Source of the DNA: Eledone cirrhosa
Taxonomy: Eukaryota
DNA: 64,000 nt
NCBI GenBank assembly: GCA_964016885.1
Contig: OZ024743.1
Coordinates: 241,862,001-241,926,000 of the forward strand
Direction: 5' to 3'
Shown here: in pieces, positions 28,071 through 38,701 of the stretch
How positions within the stretch are numbered: the stretch's first letter is position 1
Layout of the letters: every line of letters starts with the position of its first letter
Notes under the pieces: model-generated
What the model was told of the DNA's origin: nothing
The model's input: only the letters and a program-made list of their open reading frames with translations
Database searches by the model: none
Translations under genes and position numbers: made by a program

Positions 28071-31000
28071 AGTATGCATGTATACGTACATACATATATG
28101 TATACAGACGTACAGTAGCATGCACATATATATATATATATACATATATACATACATATGCATACAGGTACACATACATATATGCACGTATCAGTTTAGC
28201 GGCGCTAACGTCGCTTTGTTCGTTTGTAAACAAACTGAACAGCCTGAATTTATGCCATACGGTGTTAAGGCAACCACGTCACCTTTTTGTTCAACACTGA
28301 CACAGGAACGATGTACTAGTTTCAAGCTTGTTAGCTATCATCAGCACCGTTTACCCATCTGCCAGATAGTTGAACGTTCGAAAGTATATACTTTCCTTAT
28401 GAAAATTAACGGCTGAGCAGCCCAATTTGCATATTGAGTGAGTTAAATCGGTCAGGCATACCGAAAACGATAAATTGAAACAAAATGAAAACGAAATTTC
28501 ATTTCTCACTCTTAGTATGGCACTTACTTAAATGTAAGTATGCATGTATACGTACATACATATATGTATACAGACGTACAGTAGCATGCACATATATATA
28601 TATATATACATATATACATACATATGCATACAGGTACACATACATATATGCACGTATCAGTTTAGCGGCGCTAACGTCGCTTTGTTCGTTTGTAAACAAA
28701 CTGAACAGCCTGAATTTATGCCATACGGTGTTAAGGCAACCACGTCACCTTTTTGTTCAACACTGACACAGGAACGATGTACTAGTTTCATGCTTGTTAG
28801 CTATCATCAGCACCGTTTACCCATCTGCCAGATAGTTGAACGTTCGAAAGTATATACTTTCCTTATGAAAATTAACGGCTGAGCAGCCCAATTTGCATAT
28901 TGTTTCAATTTATCGTTTTCGGTATGCCTGACCGATTTAACTCACTCAATATGCAAATTGGGCTGCTCAGCCGTTAATTTTCATAAGGAAAGTATATACT
29001 TTCGAACGTTCAACTATCTGGCAGATGGGTAAACGGTGCTGATGATAGCTAACAAGCTTGAAACTAGTACATCGTTCCTGTGTCAGTGTTGAACAAAAAG
29101 GTGACGTGGTTGCCTTAACACCGTATGGCATAAATTCAGGCTGTTCAGTTTGTTTACAAACGAACAAAGCGACGTTAGCGCCGCTAAACTGATACGTGCA
29201 TATATGTATGTGTACCTGTATGCATATGTATGTATATATGTATATATATATATATATGTGCATGCTACTGTACGTCTGTATACATATATGTATGTACGTA
29301 TACATGCATACTTACATTTAAGTAAGTGCCATACTAAGAGTGAGAAATGAAATTTCGTTTTCATTTTGTTTCAATTTATCGTTTTCGGTATGCCTGACCG
29401 ATTTAACTCACTCAATATGCAAATTGGGCTGCTCAGCCGTTAATTTTCATAAGGAAAGTATATACTTTCGAACGTTCAACTATCTGGCAGATGGGTAAAC
29501 GGTGCTGATGATAGCTAACAAGCTTGAAACTAGTACATCGTTCCTGTGTCAGTGTTGAACAAAAAGGTGACGTGGTTGCCTTAACACCGTATGGCATAAA
29601 TTCAGGCTGTTCAGTTTGTTTACAAACGAACAAAGCGACGTTAGCGCCGCTAAACTGATACGTGCATATATGTATGTGTACCTGTATGCATATGTATGTA
29701 TATATGTATATATATATATATATGTGCATGCTACTGTACGTCTGTATACATATATGTATGTACGTATACATGCATACTTACATTTAAGTAAGTGCCATAC
29801 TAAGAGTGAGAAATGAAATTTCGTTTTCATTTTGTTTCAATTTATCGTTTTCGGTATGCCTGACCGATTTAACTCACTCAATATGCAAATTGGGCTGCTC
29901 AGCCGTTAATTTTCATAAGGAAAGTATATACTTTCGAACGTTCAACTATCTGGCAGATGGGTAAACGGTGCTGATGATAGCTAACAAGCTTGAAACTAGT
30001 ACATCGTTCCTGTGTCAGTGTTGAACAAAAAGGTGACGTGGTTGCCTTAACACCGTATGGCATAAATTCAGGCTGTTCAGTTTGTTTACAAACGAACAAA
30101 GCGACGTTAGCGCCGCTAAACTGATACGTGCATATATGTATGTGTACCTGTATGCATATGTATGTATATATGTATATATATATATATATGTGCATGCTAC
30201 TGTACGTCTGTATACATATATGTATGTACGTATACATGCATACTTACATTTAAGTAAGTGCCATACTAAGAGTGAGAAATGAAATTTCGTTTTCATTTTG
30301 TTTCAATTTATCGTTTTCGGTATGCCTGACCGATTTAACTCACTCAATATGCAAATTGGGCTGCTCAGCCGTTAATTTTCATAAGGAAAGTATATAATTT
30401 CGAACGTTCAACTATCTGGCAGATGGGTAAACGGTGCTGATGATAGCTAACAAGCTTGAAACTAGTACATCGTTCCTGTGTCAGTGTTGAACAAAAAGGT
30501 GACGTGGTTGCCTTAACACCGTATGGCATAAATTCAGGCTGTTCAGTTTGTTTACAAACGAACAAAGCGACGTTAGCGCCGCTAAACTGATACGTGCATA
30601 TATGTATGTGTACCTGTATGCATATGTATGTATATATGTATATATATATATATATGCGCATGCTACTGTACGTCTGTATACATATATGTATGTACGTATA
30701 CATGCATACTTACATTTAAGTAAGTGCCATACTAAGAGTGAGAAATGAAATTTCGTCTTCATTTTGTTTCAATTTATCGTTTTCGGTATGCCTGACCGAT
30801 TTAACTCACTCAATATGCAAATTGGGCTGCTCAGCCGTTAATTTTCATAAGGAAAGTATATACTTTCGAACGTTCAACTATCTGGCAGATGGGTAAACGG
30901 TGCTGATGATAGCTAACAAGCTTGAAACTAGTACATCGTTCCTGTGTCAGTGTTGAACAAAAAGGTGACGTGGTTGCCTTAACACCGTATGGCATAAATT

Positions 31001-31703
31001 CAGGCTGTTCAGTTTGTTTACAAACGAACAAAGCGACGTTAGCGCCGCTAAACTGATACGTGCATATATGTATGTGTACCTGTATGCATATGTATGTATA
31101 TATGTATATATATATATATATGTGCATGCTACTGTACGTCTGTATACATATATGTATGTACGTATACATGCATACTTACATTTAAGTAAGTGCCATACTA
31201 AGAGTGAGAAATGAAATTTCGTTTTCATTTTGTTTCAATTTATCGTTTTCGGTATGCCTGACCGATTTAACTCACTCAATATGCAAATTGGGCTGCTCAG
31301 CCGTTAATTTTCATAAGGAAAGTATATACTTTCGAACGTTCAACTATCTGGCAGATGGGTAAACGGTGCTGATGATAGCTAACAAGCTTGAAACTAGTAC
31401 ATCGTTCCTGTGTCAGTGTTGAACAAAAAGGTGACGTGGTTGCCTTAACACCGTATGGCATAAATTCAGGCTGTTCAGTTTGTTTACAAACGAACAAAGC
31501 GACGTTAGCGCCGCTAAACTGATACGTGCATATATGTATGTGTACCTGTATGCATATGTATGTATATATGTATATATATATATATATGTGCATGCTACTG
31601 TACGTCTGTATACATATATGTATGTACGTATACATGCATACTTACATTTAAGTAAGTGCCATACTAAGAGTGAGAAATGAAATTTCGTTTTCATTTTGTT
31701 TCA

Positions 31704-31708
<5 letters not shown>
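28068..31708. repeat. 466-bp tandem array (~8 units) with one hammerhead per unit; retrozyme-like satellite
   Basis: The ORF track repeats every 466 bp. About 1.8 units lie in one orientation (28068-28902) and ~6 units are inverted (28903-31708). Units differ by isolated SNPs, and (TA)n lies at both ends. Confidence 0.92.
29032..29076 (+). ncRNA. Minimal type I hammerhead ribozyme (repeats at +466-bp steps to 31362-31406; minus-strand copies at 28307-28351 and 28773-28817)
   Basis: aacggtg-CTGATGA-t-agct(aaca)agct-t-GAAA-ctag-TA-catcgtt. It has a 7-bp stem I, a 4-bp stem II, a palindromic 4-nt stem III and a GUA cleavage triplet. Confidence 0.88.
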
Positions 31709-31739
<31 letters not shown>

Positions 31740-32209
31740 ATGGATGTGTCTGTCTACCTTGTTGGCGAGTTTTGAATTCTTTTCTGTTGTTGCACGTCTT
31801 GTTTACGTGTGATGACTCTAATATTGAATATTACATATAAATTATTTATTTCCTACATACTGTTATACTCTCTTATTCTTTTAACTACGACCATACTGTG
31901 GCACCATATTATTTATTTTATGATCACAAGCAGGCACAAACCTAAACACACAAACGTGTGTGTATGTGATGTTTACAATATTTTTCTGTAATTTCTACAG
32001 CTGTTTATCACGTTCAGTGCACAATGTGAATATTTCCAATATACAATATTTAACCAAATTATCGTTTAAGTCGGTTTAAATTGGTTAAGTAAATTTCAGA
32101 CATTATTAATACGATTTAATGTATGTATGTGTGTATGTATGTATGTATGTATGTATGTATGTATGTATGTATGTATGTATGTATGTATGTATGTATGTAT
32201 GTACGTATG

Positions 32210-33800
32210 CAGAATTCTAGGAGAAGGAAAACTTCGATATAACACCTGCAACCCTGATGGTATCCAATGATGTTGACTTGTTCTTCTTTTTGGTAAATAT
32301 CATCTTGGTTAAGAGAGTGGAACTGGCTTTGTGCAGTGCCTTTGCTCACTATAAAAGCTTCACGGCACATGCATTGCTTTATATCTGGAGATCTCTCTGC
32401 ACTTGTCGTCACATGGTACCATGGGCCCAGCACTATGTGTCAATAATTGTCACAAGTGAAGTGTTTGTACCAGAGTTTTCATGTCGCTGGCTGGACTAAA
32501 ATGTCACACTCGTTCAGCGCATCGGTAGGGGTTCTCCTACATGGATCTAAAGAAGTGGCCGTACTCGAGAACGAGTTGGCAGCCACCATGTTTGTATGTA
32601 TGTATGTTTGTACGTATGTTTGTATGTATGTACGTATGCTTGTAAGTATGTATGCATGTATGTATGTCGGGTCCCTCTTGAGTGCTACTGGTAACAAGTA
32701 CAAGCTGTGCCTGTTCGGATCATCAGCGAACAAACCGGCAACCCCACCATACTTGCTTGGTGAGAAAGGTGATTTGGGTCACCCTGTGGGATGAAAAACA
32801 AAATCCGTTAAAGGGCGGAGCAACTCGGGAGTGTCAACGGCCAACTAATAAAGCTTTTTTTGTGAAACGAGAGAACCCTAGACTTCATTAAGACTAGGGG
32901 ACTCACTCTAGGAGAAGGTCACTCTGATATAAAACCTGTGACATCATTTGTATCCAATTATGTATATCAGTTCTTTTTTTGTAAATGCAATTGATGTTCA
33001 GAGAGTGGGATTGGCCACATGGAAAGCCTTTCCTCACTTAAAAAAGCTTCAAGCACAGACATCGCTTGATTTGTGATATTTTATGCGATGCATGGTATTG
33101 CTGGTCATAAGCAAGTCCATAGCTGGATTAAACAACCACATCCGTGATGCTCAAACTTAAGTATCAAGCGATGACATTACTCGAAATCGAGTTGCAGCCA
33201 TTATTATGTATGTATGAACGTATGTACGACAGGGAGCTGAAAAGTTCCTGGCTTTGGGTAAGAAAATACAGGAGGATCAGTTAATTATGATTTTATTAAA
33301 CATATTCCCCCTGTCAGATTCACATACTTATTGCAGCGGTCCTGTCTCTTCACTATACCCTTAAAGCCAGGAACCTTTCAGGATCACCTCTTATGTATGT
33401 ATGTATCTATGTAACCCAGTACAAACTATCTCATAGTCGTGTCGTCTGCGATTAAGCTGGCAAACCCACCAAGCTTGTTTGGTGAGGAGGGTTATATTTC
33501 GACACCCTGTGGGATGAAATACAAGACCCGGCAAAGGGCGGAGGAACCCAACAGAGTCAACGGCCATCCAAATAGTACTTTTGTTTGCTTTATTTTTCAC
33601 CTGGGAGTGAAAGGCCCCCAGTTGCTGTCACAACACCTTTCTAAGAAAAGGAAAACAAACCTGCGGCTTCGGAAGCATCCGATGATGTTGACCTCTCCTT
33701 TTCGGATAGTGTTTTCGATGCTCAGACATTGGGATTGGTCGAGTGCAAAGCCTTTCCCCACTTTTAAAGCCTTCAGAGCACAGGCATTACTTGTTCATAT
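32210..33800 (+). mobile_element. Old RTE-like 5' UTR / non-autonomous fragments separated by (TGTA)n
   Basis: Recurrent ctaggagaagg...tgatataa(a)acc (32218, 32908), and duplicated blocks 32715-32845 / 33455-33570 and 33005-33060 / 33728-33790. The RTE assignment is from recalled motif similarity. Confidence 0.45.
33225..33393. mobile_element. Tc1/mariner-type MITE
   Basis: TIRs tacgacagggagctgaaaagttcctggcttt / aaagccaggaacctttcaggatcacctctta, with TA-containing flanks. Confidence 0.65.
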
Positions 33801-34182
33801 ATATATATATACGTATATATATTTATATATATGCTTGTGAGTGTGTCAAAATATGTACGGTTGCATGCATGAATGAATAAACTAAGATTTAGATTTAGTA
33901 GAATGTCCAACCATTGATTCCAGCTATGTGCACTATCATATATTAAGGGTTTCTATTAATTCTCTGGGGAATTGGTTGAACAAATGCTTCGCTTTATTGT
34001 TTTATTTATTTATTTAAAAAATGTTATTCTTTGTCTTAGACTTCAGGTATTTTTTGAAAGCTATGCATTGGCCCCTAAAATAATACAGTGGGCCTTGCAA
34101 TGCTACTGCGGGCCCCTGCAATGCTACCGTGAGCCCTCTGGGGCCCCTTACCATTGGGCAACCTGGCAACATGGCCAGGCCA

Positions 34183-34374
<192 letters not shown>

Positions 34375-34594
34375 TCTTAAAATAATGAAATTAAATTAAT
34401 TCAACAGTTAAAGACTTTCTCATCTATCTGGACTATATTTTAACCTGTATTCCATGTTTCATTTCTGCTGCACCTCATTTCAGCCCTAACCCTCTCTCTT
34501 TCTCACTGTGATATTTGAATCTACTATGATTTCGGCTTACTTTATTCCTATATGTATGTTTTTGCATGTCACATTCAAACTTACCATGATTGGC

Positions 34595-34773
<179 letters not shown>

Positions 34774-35337
34774 ATTTAAATATATATATATATTTATATA
34801 TATATATATATTTATATATATATTGTTATATTTGGGGAGGGTCATATTTGCGTAATATTGCCAGAATTAATAACAGAACACACTCACTGTTTGGTTGGTT
34901 TTCGCTTCTCGCTGTCTTTTATATATATATATCTGCGATCTAACTTACTCGGTCCTCAATGTTGCCATTGACTGACCGGCGGTCAAAAATAATACAGATA
35001 CAATATAGACAAACACATATATATATAGTTTACATAAATCTTTCGTTGCACATCTGCAACATCGTCAGTGGTGTTATATTCATTGTTCCTCCTGTTGTGT
35101 TGTATGTCTACGCCATTTTTTTTGTTCAGTCTGTCTATATATTTATTTATTTATTTATTTGCTTGTTTGTTTATCTTATTTTATTTTGTCTTCTTTGCGC
35201 ATGCGTTTGCGTGTGTGTATAGTGTTATGTGTGACTAGTGTGTATAGTGTTGTGTCTGCTGGGTGACTAGTGTGTGTTTATGTGCTTGTGTATGTATTTA
35301 TTTATCTTATTTTATTTAATTTAATTTACTTATTTAT

Positions 35338-38300
35338 TTATACTTCTCTTAGGTCAGTGTTGTTTGTTTGGGTGTTGTTGTTGTTCCACTCATTCTTTCT
35401 GTTTAGCTTTGGTCTTCTAATTTCTATTTCACTGGCCTCTCTGATTTGCCTATCTGCTGGGTCATTCCTATGTTTAGATATTATTCTAATTTCTATGTTG
35501 TCTATGTTACCGCCATGATGTTGTCTAGCATGTTCGTATAGTACTGACCCGTTTTTTCGTCCTTTTAGTTCCCCCCAGTGTTGGTCTATCCTTTCACCTA
35601 TGCTACGAGCTGTCTCACCTATGTATGTTGTTGTCGTGTTTCTGCAAGTACCCTCTGTACATCTTATGCTATAGACTACGTTTCTAGTTTTACAGTTTAT
35701 CCGGGGGTTCACCTTACATATGATACATTTCCTATTGGTACAGTGGGTTTTCTTAAAAGGGTAGGTTTTGCTGATCAGGGATTTTATGGTGGTTCCTGGC
35801 TTTTCTACCACCTTTATTTTTAAGTGGGTCTTTCTCAGGGCCTTTCTACACTGGTTAGCTAATTTCCCTCCAGGGGTGGCGTCCACAAACATGACACTCT
35901 GGTATCTCTGGTTGTCGTACCATGATGTGGCCTTCCCTATCTTATGTCTAGCCCTATCTAAGCTATTCCATGATTTGCTCCTGTATAGTGGGCAAATTCC
36001 TTTCATGTCCAGTTCTATGAGGGTCTTATACTTTTCCATGGCTCCTTCGTATACTCTGACTCTGTCTCTTTGGTTGTAGCCAGAGAACTGCATGCGGTTG
36101 ATGAAGTGTTGGATGTGTCCTTCCATTTCTGTTGGGTCGCACATGCTGGACACATTCTTCATCACTCGTACCAAATCTGCGATCAGAATATTAAACTTAG
36201 CACTACTGGACATTGCTGAGTTTTTGAGTATCAGGTATTTGGAGGCCATGGGTTTAGCATAGTGTGAGTGGAGAATTTGGGCTCTCTCGTCTATAGTGTT
36301 AATCCAGAGTTCTGTGTCTAATACAGGTAGTCTATTGTTAGGGTGTTTGGAAGGGAAGTCTATAGTTACAGTTATACTCTGGTGTATGGAATTAGCTATC
36401 TGCTGGATGCTTTCCATCGTGCTACGTTCTAAATCAAACTTGTTAGTGCTCTCTAGTGGGGGTGTTCTTATAACTATATTGATATCGTCTACATAACGAG
36501 AGTACATGATGAGGTCTATGGAGCTTTCATTAAGGAGATCTTTAAGTCTCCTTTCCCACCATACCATGAAAAGGTTGGCAACATCGCCAGCTATGCTGAC
36601 GCCGATGGCTGCTCCCTCATTTTGGGTGTAGATTTTCTCATTGAACTTAAATATGTGGCCCTTTAGGGTAGTTTTGATACTAGCCCCTATTGCATGTGCG
36701 ACCATTTTTCTTACCTGATCAGTGTTTTGGGGGGTCCGTATAGCTTTGGTCCACCCAATCCACCTTCCTATGGGAGTCTTTTTAGCCATTGAGGTTATGG
36801 TGGGGGGTCTACCTCTTATAGGTCTACTAGGGCAGAAACATCTAAGGTCATGGCTGTCTAGGTAGTCAGTGTCGTAGGTAAGTCTAAGTAGGAGGCCCAG
36901 TTCGTCTGTGTCGACGTCGCAGAACTCCACCTCACTCTCAATGATCATCTCCACACATCTTTTCACAGCAAAATCAATGTTAATGGATGGGTACAGTGAC
37001 ACCACATCCATGCTGCCTATTATGCAGTTGGATAGGCTCCTGTTTTTGTTGCACTCACTGATTCTGCTGAGGAGGTCCTCTGTACTTTCACATACATCTG
37101 GGGACATCTTGATTATGGGGCGTATAACCATTGAGAGGAAGTAGGAGATCCTGTAGTTGCTAGCTATATTAGCTCCGCATACAGGTCTTGTTGGTGGTCC
37201 TATTGTCGGGTCGTCGACTGTCTTGTGGTCTTTGCGGAGCCCATACAAGGGTGGTATGCCATTGTTAGACGCCTGGAAGTTGTTGGCAGTGCGTCTGCTT
37301 GGCTTTAGGATGTCAGTCCACATCATCATGTGAGCGTTGAGGATTTTTTCTCTCCCATCGTGTGTTAGTTGTGCAACTTCGCTCGTGTTGGTGATGTGGG
37401 GTTGCATTGCCTCGATGTAGTTCGGCATGCTATCTATTGACATCCTACCAGACTTATCTGTGGGTAGACACACTACCTCACCATCCCTTGTGCGCTGCTT
37501 GAGGCTAACCAAGCCTTCTACAGGTTTTATCCCAAGTTGTTGGGCCTCTGGTCTGCTCTGTCTCATAGTGTACCTGTCTACTACTTGTCTAATCTTATTT
37601 CTAGCTATGGTGAACTGTGCCTCCGTCTCGTCATCTATTTGTTGTGGTATGCAAACTCTTTTATTAAAGGGTAACCTCGTAGGATAGATATTACCCATCT
37701 TATATGTTTTGTCAGCTGGGTTGAAAAATAGTTTCTCTAAGGGGTTGTCGTTATTTCTATCGTCATAGTTGTGTGTGTTGCTATTATTGTTATCATGGTG
37801 GTTGTTGTTGTTTCTATCCTTAGCATTAATATTATTATTGTTATGATTGCTAGATGTATTGTTGTTTACTTCACCGTTATTGTTGTTGTTGTTACTGCTA
37901 TTTCTACCATTGTGGTTGTTACTATTATTATGTTTCTTGTTTTTGTTGATGTTGCTACATGTACTATTTCCATTATTACCACTGTGGTTATTGTTGTTGT
38001 TGTTGTTCGTATTGTTACCGTTATTACTACTGTGGTCACTGTTGCTGTGTCTGTGGTTAACGTTTCTATTATTATTATTATTGTGGTTGTTGTTGTTCTG
38101 TCTATCGCTAGTATTATTGCCATTATCACTATTTCTCACTTTCCTGCCATTGTTATGGTTATGGCTGTTATTTCTATACCCAGAGTTATTGTTTATATTA
38201 CTACTACCGTTATTATTGTTGTTGTTGTTTACCTTTGCATTCCAACGTATTTTTGTGAAACACTTTTCCAGCTCCGTTTTGCATTCCATAGGATTAATCT

Positions 38301-38682
38301 TTTTGTAGATGGCAAATTTTGGTGGTAACTTTAGGATTTGTTGTTCTTGTTCACTGATTAAAGTGTTCCCATAGATATTTACTGTGTGGTCATTGGTAAA
38401 TTCTTCCGGTAGTTTTACATCACTCATACGGATGTTGTCGATGTTATCTGGGTATTTTTGAGAATATTCGATTTTCCTTTCTTGTAGTTTTTTCTTATTC
38501 ATCCATTCTAATTTCTTCTTGAAATGCCTACAGCATTCGTTTTGAGCATATTTCGTTTCGCGTCGGATGACGCTCATGAAGTCATCTCTCTCGTTTGCTG
38601 TGATGAGATTTCGGATTTCCTTACCGTTGATGCGTTTTTGTCTGTAGAGTGCGTTGACTTTTGTGTATGTTGTTCTTTTCAT
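35338..38682 (-). CDS. PLE polyprotein: RT + Cys-rich linker + GIY-YIG endonuclease (1114 aa, uninterrupted, probably 5'-truncated)
   Basis: LPTDKSGR, PPLYGLRKDHK, TRPVCGA, SMDVVSLYPSI, TQNEGAAIG, YSRYVDDI, LPVLDT, CX4CX2C, NVVYSIRC...YIGETARSIGERIDQH and EASEI...PKLN. Confidence 0.92.
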   Translation of the reverse strand: MKRTTYTKVNALYRQKRINGKEIRNLITANERDDFMSVIRRETKYAQNECCRHFKKKLEWMNKKKLQERKIEYSQKYPDNIDNIRMSDVKLPEEFTNDHTVNIYGNTLISEQEQQILKLPPKFAIYKKINPMECKTELEKCFTKIRWNAKVNNNNNNNGSSNINNNSGYRNNSHNHNNGRKVRNSDNGNNTSDRQNNNNHNNNNNRNVNHRHSNSDHSSNNGNNTNNNNNNNHSGNNGNSTCSNINKNKKHNNSNNHNGRNSSNNNNNNGEVNNNTSSNHNNNNINAKDRNNNNHHDNNNSNTHNYDDRNNDNPLEKLFFNPADKTYKMGNIYPTRLPFNKRVCIPQQIDDETEAQFTIARNKIRQVVDRYTMRQSRPEAQQLGIKPVEGLVSLKQRTRDGEVVCLPTDKSGRMSIDSMPNYIEAMQPHITNTSEVAQLTHDGREKILNAHMMMWTDILKPSRRTANNFQASNNGIPPLYGLRKDHKTVDDPTIGPPTRPVCGANIASNYRISYFLSMVIRPIIKMSPDVCESTEDLLSRISECNKNRSLSNCIIGSMDVVSLYPSINIDFAVKRCVEMIIESEVEFCDVDTDELGLLLRLTYDTDYLDSHDLRCFCPSRPIRGRPPTITSMAKKTPIGRWIGWTKAIRTPQNTDQVRKMVAHAIGASIKTTLKGHIFKFNEKIYTQNEGAAIGVSIAGDVANLFMVWWERRLKDLLNESSIDLIMYSRYVDDINIVIRTPPLESTNKFDLERSTMESIQQIANSIHQSITVTIDFPSKHPNNRLPVLDTELWINTIDERAQILHSHYAKPMASKYLILKNSAMSSSAKFNILIADLVRVMKNVSSMCDPTEMEGHIQHFINRMQFSGYNQRDRVRVYEGAMEKYKTLIELDMKGICPLYRSKSWNSLDRARHKIGKATSWYDNQRYQSVMFVDATPGGKLANQCRKALRKTHLKIKVVEKPGTTIKSLISKTYPFKKTHCTNRKCIICKVNPRINCKTRNVVYSIRCTEGTCRNTTTTYIGETARSIGERIDQHWGELKGRKNGSVLYEHARQHHGGNIDNIEIRIISKHRNDPADRQIREASEIEIRRPKLNRKNEWNNNNTQTNNTDLREV

Positions 38683-38701
38683 ATTAACTGTTATTGTGTG
38701 T

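Noticed and set aside
28068-31708. CRISPR array or repeated small protein genes
   Set aside because: There are no unique spacers and the context is eukaryotic. The 66-112 aa ORFs are TA/CA low-complexity read-throughs.
32690-32850. HDV-like ribozyme at RTE-like 5' ends
   Set aside because: I could not build the nested double pseudoknot by eye and the copies are degraded. A descriptor search would be needed.
38654-38701. Hydrophobic signal-peptide-like N-terminus on the 919-aa ORF (a secreted RT)
   Set aside because: It is the antisense of the left arm read across the inversion junction from a TTG start, so it is a junction artefact.
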